Positions 37,750 through 49,206 of a DNA stretch of 64,000 nucleotides are shown piece by piece. The translations under genes were made by a program, and so were the position numbers. Below the pieces are notes generated by a model. That model worked only from the letters and a program-made list of their open reading frames with translations. It was not told the origin of the DNA and searched no databases. Within the stretch, counting starts at the first letter, position 1. Every line of letters begins with the position of its first letter. This DNA comes from Eledone cirrhosa (taxonomy: Eukaryota): assembly GCA_964016885.1 (NCBI GenBank), contig OZ024743.1, positions 247,008,001-247,072,000 on the forward strand, read 5' to 3'.

Positions 37750-38680
37750 GTGTAGTTTTCACCCCAGACATAGCACAGCTGACCAAATACTCACACTGCG
37801 GCAGGTCTTTGAGAAATCATGGGAATACTGCATGTTTGCTTCATAGACCTCGAAAAGGCATATGACTACGTTCCACAGGACCTGCCATGGAAGGTTCTGC
37901 AGGAGTTTATGATCGATGGACAACTTCTTGTTGCCCTGATGTCTCTATATGAATGCTCTAGTATTTGTGTTTGGATAAATAGTGCTAAATCAAAACCATT
38001 CAATGTAGGAGTTGGACTCCACCAAGGGTGTGTAATTGTTCATTATTTTCATGAATAGGATTGACATACGCAGCTGGGGTGGAAGTGGTATCACGACTGG
38101 CAGATGTAAGATCAGTCAGTTGGAATTTGCAGACATCATGGTATTACTTAACTAATCAGCAAGTGATCTCCGACATTCACTTGGTAGGTTTGATGCCGAG
38201 TGCTGCATCGCTGAAATGAAAATAAGTGTTATGAAGACTGAGACACCCGTCCTCTCAACATCTGAGTGGAGTTTCACTGAGGCAGGTGGTTCAAGTTTCT
38301 TGGGGCTGTGTTCATGAGTTATGGAAAGCAGGAGGCTGAATTAAGTGCAAGAATTGCAGGAGCTGGTGCAGTAATGTGCCAGCTTCAGCATTCTGTAATC
38401 AGAAGAAGGGAGGTAGGTGTAAAAGCCAAACTCGCTATCTTCTATTCAGTATTGTGCCAACCCTTACCTATGGTTATGATTCTTGGGTAATGACTGAAAA
38501 TGCACTTCATACACTCTGTAAAGTGGGTTGGCTTTAGGAAGAGTATCAAGCAGTATAAGCCATGGCAACAATGAAATATATGAGCAAGATGAGGTTCTCT
38601 GACCAATTTTGTCTCACATTATGATGCCAGCATGGAAAATAGATGTAAAATGATGATGGTTATGGTTATGATGATGATGG
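37750..38680 (+). mobile_element. Degenerate RTE-like LINE reverse transcriptase remnant
   Basis: STADQILTLRQVFEKSW, CFIDLEKAYDYVP, GVGLHQGCV and FADI motifs, with frameshifts. Confidence 0.75.
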
Positions 38681-38747
38681 CTTTTATTGTTATAACTTAA
38701 TAAAAAATAAATGCTAAAGTAAACTCTCTTTATTCTTTTTTATGTAG

Positions 38748-38755
38748 ATTCTTAA
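38748..38755 (+). CDS. TTC25: Candidate terminal coding exon A of TTC25 (D-S-stop)
   Basis: Strong pyrimidine tract, tatgtAG|AT TCT TAA; phase-1 compatible with exon 12. Confidence 0.4.
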
Positions 38756-39769
38756 GAAAAATATTGTTGGCTTCAAGCTGAAAATGAAAAAAAAAAAGAA
38801 GCAAATCCTATGCATAAAGTCATAAGATAGGGTAAACCTTTAAAAGTTTACATTTAAGTAAACATCCCAAATATTGATTTTGGGACTGGGACAATCTTTA
38901 TGGAAGAGATGTAATTCATAGAATTGAAGACATTATATTATTGCTACATATTTAATTGATGAGAAATGAGGTCAATCATGGTGAGATTTCAACTCAAAAC
39001 AAAGTAGAACCAGATTAATTGTTTCATGATCCTATTTTAAACAAAATATATGCTATTTCAATTAATTAATGAAGAAATTTGTGGGATTTTCTCAAATTAT
39101 AATTATTTCTGTATTAATAGAGTAACTTAACATACAATTCTTATATAAAATTATGTTGGAAGATTTTAATTTAAAGAGGAACTCTTTAAAATGGGTGGAT
39201 TTCTTTCATACAAACCAGAAATAGTTTGGGCTGGGTTAGTATCAAAAAGATTAAATACTAATAAAATATATATACAGTTGATTATTCTTTAGTTAAAATG
39301 CTTCAAGAAATTATATTTAAGGTAGGAGATTGGCAGTGTCAGTGGAGCATCAGACAAAATGTGTTGCAGGATTTAGTTATGACTTTCTGCATTTTGAATT
39401 CAAATCCCACTGAGGACAACTTTGCCTTTCATCCTTCTGTGGTTGATGAAATAAAGTACCAGTTAAGTACTGGGATAGATACACTCAACTTTCCCCTTCA
39501 TCCAAATTGCTAGTCATGTGTACCAATGTTAGAAAGAATTATATTACTATTATTTATTTTCTTGATGAGAAGTGAAATCAGTCATGGAGAGATTTGAACT
39601 CAAAACAAAGAGGAACTAAATAGCAGTAAAATATATAGAAAGCTAATAATCTTTTATCTCACAAAAACAAATCTGTCTTTTACACTTACATCTCAGCTTG
39701 TCAACTATACAAAACAGCAACATATTACTTTCATTTTTTACATACATATTTTATATGCTCCTACAGGCA

Positions 39770-40045
39770 GAGGTGAGCAAACTAGCGGTTAGGGCATTGG
39801 GTTCATGATTGCAAAGTCATGGATTCGATTCCTGCACCAGGCAATATATTGTGATGTTGAGCAAAACACTTCACTTCATGTTGTTCCAGTTTAGTCAGCT
39901 GAAAAAGAGTCCCAGCAGCAGCTGAGGGTTAAACCTATGACAGACTACCATCCTGTCCAGGGAAATGTTTTGTAATCTCAATTACCTAACACCAATGAAA
40001 CCACGATAAGCTCTGGCCTAATGAACCTCAGAGCTTGGGACAGCC
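39770..40045 (+). mobile_element. tRNA-derived CORE-like SINE (family B)
   Basis: A-box-like tagcggttaggg, B-box ggattcgattcc, core tgttgagcaaaacacttcacttc; a relative lies at 43440-43680. Confidence 0.7.
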
Positions 40046-40083
40046 TTTAATCTTACAATAACTTTTTTTTTTTTAATTTCCAG

Positions 40084-40094
40084 ATGAACAATAA
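40084..40094 (+). CDS. TTC25: Candidate terminal coding exon B of TTC25 (D-E-Q-stop)
   Basis: T-tract, tttccAG|AT GAA CAA TAA; phase-1 compatible; AATAAA at 40169-40174. Confidence 0.45.
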
Positions 40095-41667
40095 TATAAC
40101 TTAGATGAAGTCACTTATCCTGCCCTCCCCGTTTTCCTTTTCAAATAACATTGTAATATTTTGGTCAAAATAAAAGCTGGTCTCTTGTTTGTCATTCATT
40201 TCTCATCAGTGTCTTTTCTCTTTTATTTTCCCATTTCATTTTTTTTTTTGTACAAGGGAGAGAATTACATAAAATCAACAACAAGAAGCTGAAAAGCAAA
40301 AGATCAAATAAACATACGTGAATATTTTGTCCATTTGGTTTCCCTGCTCACCTATTGGAGATATGGACTTTCAAAGATGGGTGGTATCAGTACGAAAAAT
40401 AAGGCTCTATTAAGGATTTCAATTCTATTGGAATTTAAAAATGTAACATTATAAATAAATAAATGGAATCACTTCCAAAAATTTCTAAGATGGAAAGTTA
40501 TAAAATAGTAAAATGATTTTATCAAAACATATTTCCTCCTGATGTTGGTTTGAAAAAGTTGAAAAGGAGTTGTCAATTGATCAGCTAGAAATAGCAACCA
40601 AACCTTCCTAAACAAATGTATGTATAACAGACATGTAACTCTTGGTGGAGATGTAAGGATGCTATAGTAATATATGGTGTTTCTAGGAAATTTAAAACCT
40701 GATGGAGCTTATCATTCTCCAGGTCTGAAAACAGCCGATTTGTTTTAGAGAAGGAGAGAGAATTGAGAAAGAGAAAGTGAATTCAGAATGCAGAGGGTAA
40801 AAATGAATACAATGCATTCTAACTGACCAAGTAAATAGTAAAGATCAAATCAATATTGTTTATCAATTCTATGAAGGAAATATTGTTCATGCAGCTTGTG
40901 CTGTTACCACAATAAAAAGTACCCAGTCCAACGTTTAAAGTGGTAGTGTTGGTGCTACGAAAAATGTTCCCATTACACTGTAAAATAGTTGTCACTAGAA
41001 AGGGCATTCAGCCACAGAAAACCAAGCAAGACATGGTCACCTGACTTGTTTAATCTCATAATGTTACAATCCCATGCAAACTTGGAAAATAAACATTAAA
41101 CTAAGATGATGATGTTATACTTAGGAGAATTTGTGGTCAATATATGTAATTTACAGTAAACTAAAGTACTTTCACATTTTTAAAAGCCCCTTTTAATCAT
41201 GACTGGCCTTAGGTGTACACCTAGAAAGTTTGTCTTCAAGGCACAAGCTTGTGCAAGGTATCTTATGAAAGATCAGCAGTGGCCTATGCATGCCAGTATC
41301 CCCTCTCCATACCATCAATGTTGTCCAAGATTGGCATAACTTGGATCCGGAATTGTTACAACTAGCTTTTTTCCAGCAATGTGAAATAAAGTGTCTTGCT
41401 GAAAGACAAAAGTCACCAGCCATTCCATGGATCAAAGTCATGTCCTTACAATTTTGAGGCTAACGCCCCAATCATTATGTTTAACACCACCATATGGCCT
41501 TTGAGTGCTTTTTGCAGAGTTCTGTCTATTGCAAGCATTCAGAGCAGATCTTAGGTTTGAAAGCAACTGCTTTCCTACCACCCACCAGTCTTGGAGGCCC
41601 TGAAAAGAACCATGGCATTCCCTGCCCCACTAAACAGCAAAGAAAAAGAAATTATGTATTTATGCTC

Positions 41668-42924
41668 TATCATCATCATCATCATCATCATCGTTTAACG
41701 TCCATTTTCCACGCTAGCATGGGTCTGGACGGGAATTGTCCCACTTGAACCAAGATTGGTTGTCTTGCTCAGGACTGTCTGGCAGGTTTTCTACGGCTGG
41801 ATGCCCTTCCTAACACCAACCACGTTTATAGTATGGACTGGGAGGTTTTTACCGTGTTACCTACATGGCCACATTACAGTGTGGACTGGATGTTGTGGTA
41901 CCAACATAGCTTTACATCGAAAGAGGTAGTGTAGATGGCGGTGGGGGTAGGGTTAGTGGGAAGGGGTGTATTTTAGTTAAGAGGTGCCTACTGACAGTAG
42001 GTTTTGCTTTGTACTTAGGCAAGGCGGGTCTTCTGTATTACTACGTAGCGCCAAAGATCTCGGTCCAGTGACATTTTCTTGGAGAGGTGTAAGTGTGTGA
42101 GGTCGGATTTTATCAAGTCGTCCCAGGGTTTTCTGGGTCTGTCTACTCCATGGCTACCGTCTATTTTGATCGCCCTGCACTTTTTTATACAGCTGTCATC
42201 TTTCATGTGCATCACGTGACCATACCAACGTAGTCTTCTCTCGAGTAAACAGCATCTGATCCCTCTTATTCCTAATTTCTCACTTAGTTCATTTATGCTT
42301 TGCTGTTCGCGTATATTACTATTACACATCCAACGGAGCATGCAAGCTTCGTTCCTCTCCAATCTGCGTAGATCCTCTGCACACAAGGTCCATGTCTCAC
42401 TTCCATGTAACAACGCTGTTCGTATGCAGGCATCATACAGCCTGCCTTTTATTTTTAGAGAGAAACCTTTAGCGGCCAATAGTGGTATAAGCTCTCTGAA
42501 CTTTTTCCATCCCGTTTGGACTCTAGCTACAGTACTTTCGGAGCACCCTCCACCACTGCTGATTTTGTCACCCAGGTAACGGAAGGTGTCCACTATTTCT
42601 ATAGAACCATCTGGGCAATGGAATGAGCTAGTATTCTGTGGGCATTTGCTGCTACTTATTGCACCAGAGCACCGGCCACATATAAAATCTATATTCTTAG
42701 TTAGCTTACCTGTGATCCCACTACATCTTTTATGCACCCATACTTTGCATTTGGGACATAAAATGGAGTTTCTGCCTACTCCTTTCCTACACACTAAGCA
42801 TGGCCATTTCCCAGATGGGACCAGTGCCCTATTCTCCATCCTACATATTAGGACTTTAGTCTTAGACAAGTTAACTTTCAGGCCTTTTGATTCTAGGCCA
42901 TGCTTCCAAGTTTGGAATTTCTCT
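41668..42924 (-). mobile_element. 5'-truncated RTE-clade LINE
   Basis: ORF 42869-42015 (GKWPCLVCRKGVGRNSILCPKCKVWVHKRCSG...YLGD...RRLRWYGHV) is from the same family as 20161-21251; (GAT)n tail at 41668-41692. Confidence 0.9.
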
Positions 42925-43924
42925 GTGTATATATATATGTCTGTAAAAGTATTCTTTTATAGCTTATAACTTCAAAAAGAACGATTGAGGTAAAATAGTC
43001 ATGAACATATTTGATGTAAGAACCCAAGATATTTTATTTATAATTACACCATTAGTAATGAGTACCATAATTATCTAAATGATTAATTCTGGTTTTTAAA
43101 AATGGGAAGGTGTTTTCCTATTTAACAGTTTCACTACGTTTTGGTAATGATGTCTAATACGACTGAAATACACCTAAATAAACTTGTAGTGCACCTTAGC
43201 ACTGTACATAATAATTTATATTAAAGAGCAGATTCACTCTTTACTGTATTGCATATTTTTAAAATTAGGGTTGTCTCCCTTGCTTCTTTTTTTACTTTAC
43301 TCAGCTTTCGAGATAATTGTTTCTACTTTTGGCACAAGGCCAGCAATTAATCAGTGCATTACTGGTACTTTATTTTATTAATGAATTGTTCTTGCTATTT
43401 TAATTAAATTAACATTTACTGGCTTATACGTCACAATGAATGCGCATGGCCTAGTGGTCAGGATGTTGGGTTGGTGATCATAAAGTCATGGATTCGATTC
43501 TCCGACTGGATGGTGTGTTGTATATTTAAACAAAGTACTTCATTTCATGCTGCACCAATTCACTCAGCTGAAAATAAATAAAAGCAGTTAACCCTACGGT
43601 GGATAGGCGTCCCACCTCAAGAGAGAATCTCTTACACTTAGTCACTTAACCTCATATGAAACCATAATAAGCTCCTACCTTTGGTCATTCTGTGCAAGCA
43701 TCGAATGATGAATTTAGAAACAATTACTGACCATACACCAATTTTATATCAATTATACTTAGAGGGCTGCAACTCTACCTTGACAGTTTAATTATATAAT
43801 TTTAAGAGGGATAACTCTTCTCTTTCTGTAATAAAAAAAAGAAAAATTTCTGTTAGCATATCATCAGAAGTCAGAGAAAACCACATTTTTTCTTGGAAGT
43901 AACAGACATACACTTCAATAATAA

Positions 43925-44108
43925 CTGTTTCTACTTTTGGCACAAGACCAGCAATTACCCAGTGTATTACTGGTACTTTATTTTATCGACCCCGTAAGGA
44001 TGAAAGACAAAGTTAACCTCGGCGGGATTTGAACTCAGAATGGTAAGGGCCGTAACTCTATGCGTCAAAACATGGCGTCCGACCCTCTACCGATACTGCC
44101 AATCCACA
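43925..44108 (-). mobile_element. tRNA-derived SINE family A, near full length
   Basis: Very similar to 8145-8330. Confidence 0.8.
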
Positions 44109-44642
44109 CTTCAAGAATAATGATCTTTTAAAAGTCTTTTATTTCATTTTATATTAAACATATCATTATCATCATCATTATTTTCATCGTTCAACGTCCA
44201 CTTTCTCTGCCTGTACAAGCTGGATGGGTCATCAGCAGATTGTGATAAGACTCAAGCGGAGTTACTAGCCCATGTATGGGTCTGGTGCTTGTACCTCACT
44301 CACATATATTCCCACAATCAACTGAGTGCTCAGGTGCGATAGCAGCCTGCAACATGCTTACATATGATCCTGCACTCTACCAAGTACATTTTATTGTGAC
44401 ACCAGTATTGGGAGGGTTGTCTTTGATACAGCTGAAGAGCTCTCCCAACCCTTTGTTTGGCAAATTTTCGACAGCAGGATGCCCTTACTATCACTAACAC
44501 CATAACAGAGTGTACTGGAGGAATTTACAATGTAAATCACCGGAATGAGGGAGTTTGTCAATCTTTTGATGTAGCTGAAGAGTCCTCCTGTTCCTTTGTT
44601 TAGCAAGTTTTCTATAGCTGGATGCCCTTCCTACCACCAACC

Positions 44643-44684
<42 letters not shown>

Positions 44685-45545
44685 TGAGAGAGAGAAAGAG
44701 AGAATATCTTATACATATCACTGGTGGGTCGATAAAAATCGTTCCCTGGGGATATACACAACCTCAAGCAACTTAAAAATAAGGAGCCTGACCAAAATCC
44801 CTGACTGCAAAAACAGTCTGTGGATTGAAAAATAAATAAGTTAGACCACTTTAATAGATTGAGATGGTCATACTTATCAGATCAAATTCTTTAACTGTTC
44901 ATGCAGTTTCTGAATTGGAGAATAAATCGGAGAATAAATCAAACCATATCAATACATCGATATGATGATCAAAACCAAATATATATATATACTCTGTGAG
45001 GTTCTAGTGTTGGTGCTATGAAAAAGTCCCCCAGTATATGCTGTAAAATGGTTGAGGTTAGGAAGAACATCTAGCTGTGGAAAACCTAGCCCAAAACGGA
45101 ACATATGAGCAAGACACGGTGACCTGACTTGTCTAACCTCAGAATGTGACAACTGTCTAATCAATGCAAGCATGTGAATAGATGTTAAATGGTGTTCCTT
45201 GGTCTTGCTTTACTGCAACTTCCTTCCACTAGGAACTCATAGAACTTCTTTACTCAATGCTCAACATTGATATGTATCACATATCCAATCCTTCGTGGAC
45301 TTCTACCTTGTACACTACATCTGATTCCTCTTATACCCAAATTTTCCCTCAACTCATCCAAGCTTTGCATTTTATGCATTTTAACATCACACATCCATTT
45401 CAGCATACTTACTTAATTTCTTTCCAGTCTTTGCAGATCCTCTGTATTTACTGTCCATGTTTCATATCCTTGCAGCATCACATTTTTCATGTAAACATCA
45501 TCTAGCTGGCCTTTCAAAGATACATATATATATATATGCCTACAT

Positions 45546-45576
<31 letters not shown>

Positions 45577-45581
45577 ATAAT

Positions 45582-45740
45582 ATCGGACACCATGCTTTCT
45601 AGCATAGTTATGTCCCTTTACAGTCTGAGTTTAAATCCCGCCGAGGTTAACTTTGGCTTTCATCCTTACGGGGTCGATAAAATAAAGTACCAGTAATGTA
45701 CTGGGTGATTGCTGGCCTTGTGCCTAAAGTAGAAACAATT
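45582..45740 (+). mobile_element. SINE family A
   Basis: gagtttaaatcccgccgagg...ctttcatccttacggggtcgataaaataaagtaccagt...gtagaaacaatt. Confidence 0.78.
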
Positions 45741-45778
45741 ATATATATATATATAGAGAGAGAGATAGATAGATAGAT

Positions 45779-48299
45779 ATATTTCTTTATTAGCCACAGG
45801 AGCACAAAAGAAGGGGACAAATTCAAAGGGGGAAGTTTACATACAATAAAAACGTGTAAAATGTTATCACAGCTGGAATTTAAAAGTTAGTCGATTTTCC
45901 CCAATAGGGGGAGACAGTTTATATGGGTAACACATACCCCCGAAAAAAAATGTGCAACCCTCATCTCCAGGAGTACGAAGAGCTTGTACTCCTTTCCTCT
46001 CCTCCTCCTTTTCCTCAACCTACAGGCTGATATAGAGAGAAGGCCCATTCACTCGGGCCATTCTCGCCACTTTCACCCACCTTTCATAAAACTTGCTGGG
46101 GTGCAGCACCTCTCTCTCCATCCTGATTCTTCTTCCAAAGTGGTATTTGAAAAAAAGAATCAGTTGTTGGCCGGAGAGAAAGGTGTCTGACCTCAGCCCT
46201 TTCAACCTTGTCCACCATACAACCTCTTTCGCCATAGCTATCACACAAAGGAAAACCGCCTCTCCTTCGTTTTTGAAGGAGGGTGGCGGTTTGATCATGA
46301 CAATGGACTCGGTGGTCAACTGGATTGGTCCCACCCGCGACAATAGTCGTTCTACATAGCCCCACAGGTCAGTGACGCCCGGGCAGTGTATGAATGCGTG
46401 CGCGACGGTTTCTTCGTCTCGCACGCACCTCGGACAGATCTTTTTTGCAGGGTCCCTGCCCGGGCGCCCATGTCTGTAGAGCTTGTCTCGAACTGGTAGA
46501 GCTCCTCGGTAGCACTGCCAGGCCAGGGACTTTTGGAAGTTGTCCATCGGTCCCGGGCGGAAGGTCCTACCGAACAGACTGGCCAGTTCATCTTCCTCTA
46601 CGCCTAGAGTTTCACCGAGCGCGTCGTCGCACTTGCTGCGGACCAACCCTCTATAGAATGACGAAGTGGAGTCTCCACTGATCGCCGGGTCCGCCTGCCA
46701 GAGGGCTGTGAGCGCCTGAGCACATTCGATGTGCCAGTCGCCTATTTTCCTCGGTCTCTGCTTGACCCAGGACTGCAGCTCGGTCAGCGAGACGAGTCGT
46801 GGGAAGGCTCGCCTCACGAACGGGGCCCACACCGGTTGTCCGGTGAGGAATACGTAGAGATGCCGCAGCCTGAGCGCGTGTTTGCGCATCGTCAACCACG
46901 GCATCCCCAACCCTCCGTTAGAAGGGTGTTGGCAGCAGATGGATCTTCTCACCAAAGGAGCCCGCCTCTTCCAAAGGAATCGGAAGAGCGCGCGCTCCAT
47001 TTTGGCGAGCGTTTTGGCTGGACAAGGCACGACGGTCAAGCGGTAGTAGATGGCGGACGCTATAAAAGTGTTCGCCACCTCCGCTCGACCTTTCAAGGAT
47101 AGTTTGCACTCGGCCCACTTCTGGGTGAGTGCAAACACCTTGGCCGTCACTTCGTTCCAGTTCTTCTCCACCTGGAGGTCCGGACCAAACCAGACCCCGA
47201 GCAGCTTTACCGGTCCTTCCGTCCAGCGTCCGACGACGCCATCGGAAGGCATCGGTCTGCCTCTCCACGATCCGAGTTGCAAACCGATGGACTTGTCCCG
47301 GTTCAGCTTCGCTCCCGTGAGACTTTCGTATTCCTTTAGTAAGGTGCCGACTTCCTCGATTTGCGAGGCGCTCGACACCATTACTGTCACATCGTCGGCG
47401 TAGGCCGACGCCGCTTTCCGCAGTCCCGGTTCCAGAGGGATGCCCTGCAATAGCTCCAGCTTCCGCAGTAGTGGCTCGAGAGTCAGTACGTACAGAAGGG
47501 AGGAGAGAGAGGGCATCCCTGTCGAATGGATCGCGTAATATGGAACGGCTCCGAGAGGTAGCCGTTCACCTTGACCCTTGAGTATATGTTGCTGTTGTGC
47601 ATTGCAGGAATCCAGCCCCTGAACACGGGTCCGAAGCCTGCCGCCTCGAGCACCGCATCCAGGTAACGATGGTCAACCCTATCGAAAGCCTTAGACTGAT
47701 CCAAGTTGATCAGGGCCCCACCGATGTATCGCATGAGGTGGAGGTTGTCGTGTATGGACCTGGTCGGGATCGCGCATGTCTGCGCTTCTCCCACCAGGTT
47801 CTCGACGACAAGCGCCAGCCTCTTTGCCAACACCTTGGCCAAAATCTGTAACTCTGTGTTTAGCAGAGTTATGGGCCGGAAGTTGCCTATGTCATCCCCC
47901 TTATTCTCGTCCTTCCTGATTAGTGTGACCACGCCCCCGGTTACAGAACTGGGAATTCTCCCGTTCTGTTGCCAGTTGCAGTAGACCGCTTCCAGGAGAC
48001 CGGAGAATAAGTCCGGCATTGCTACGTAAAATTCGTAGGGTAGACCGTCGAGACCTGGAGATTTGCGTTTGCCGCATTGGCTCAGCGCGTCCCCTATCTC
48101 AGTGGCTGAAATCGGCTTTTCGCAGAACTTCGCCTCGCCGTCCGAGAGTCGCGGTAGGCCGTCGAGGTATGGACCGAAATCCATAGCCTCTCCCGGCGCG
48201 CCGCTCCCGCCGAGCAGCCGAGCAAAGTGCCGCTGAAAAGCCGCACACATCTGCTTCGGCTCACGTATCACGCGTCCGTTTTGGTCCTTCAAAGACCGA
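45779..48299 (-). mobile_element. Tx1/L1-clade LINE copy A (5'-truncated, ~2.5 kb)
   Basis: RT and zf-RVT part of ORF2 plus 3' UTR with AATAAA (45791-45786). Relative to copy C it has a 30-bp deletion (IERVGCKPGF) near 47722 and a 2-bp frameshift near 47505. (GATA)n on both sides. Confidence 0.92.
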
Positions 48300-48324
48300 T
48301 AGATAGATAGATAGATAGATAGAT

Positions 48325-48920
48325 ATGTTTCTTTATTAGACACAGGGGCACAAAAGAAGGGGACAAATACAAAGGGGGAAGTTTACATACAATAAAAACG
48401 TGTAAAATGTTATCACAAATGCAATTTAAAAAGTTAGTCGATTTTCCCCAATAGGGGAGACAGTTCATATGGGTAATACATACCCCCGAAAAAATGTGCA
48501 ACCCTCAACTCCAGTAATACGAAGAGTTTGTACTCCTTTCCTCTCCTCCTCCTTTTCCTCAACCTACAGGCTGATATAGAGAGAAGGCCCATTCACTCGG
48601 GCCATTCTCGCCACTTTCACCCACCTTTCATAAAACTTGCTGGGGTGCAGCACCTCTCTCTCCATCCTGATTCTTCTTCCAAAGTGGTATTTGAAAAAAA
48701 GAACCAGTTGTTGGCCGGAGAGAAAGGTGTCTGACCTCAGCCCTTTCAACCTTGTCCACCATACAACCTCTTTCGCCATAGCTATCACACAAAGGAAAAC
48801 CGCCTCTCCTTCGTTTTTGAAGGAGGGTGGCGGTTTGATCATGACAATGGACTCGGTGGTCAACCGGATTGGTCCCACCCGCGACAATAGTCGTTCTACA
48901 TAGCCCCACAGGTCAGTGAC
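48325..48920 (-). mobile_element. Tx1/L1-clade LINE copy B (5'-truncated, ~0.6 kb)
   Basis: C-terminal end of ORF2 plus 3' UTR, near-identical to copies A and C; (GATA)n on both sides. Confidence 0.92.
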
Positions 48921-48967
<47 letters not shown>

Positions 48968-49206
48968 TATTTCTTTATTAGCCACAGGGGCACAAAAGAA
49001 GGGGACAAATACAAAGGGGGAAGTTTACATACAATAAAAACGTGTAAAATGTTATCACAGATGGAATTTAAAAGTTAGTCGATTTTCCCCAATAGAGGGA
49101 GACAGTTTATATGGGTAACACAGACCCCCGAAAAAAATGTGCAACCCTCATCTCCAGGAGTACGAAGAGCTTGTACTCCTTTCCTCTCCTCCTCCTTTTC
49201 CTCAAC

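Noticed and set aside
39780-39840. tRNA gene
   Set aside because: The A/B boxes are followed by a SINE core and tail and no cloverleaf forms; it is a tRNA-derived SINE head.
43144-43182. Further hammerhead-like strings here (gtaatga-tgtc..gact-gaaa) and at 25250-25277
   Set aside because: Conserved core positions are mutated and stems I/III cannot be formed; at most decayed relics.
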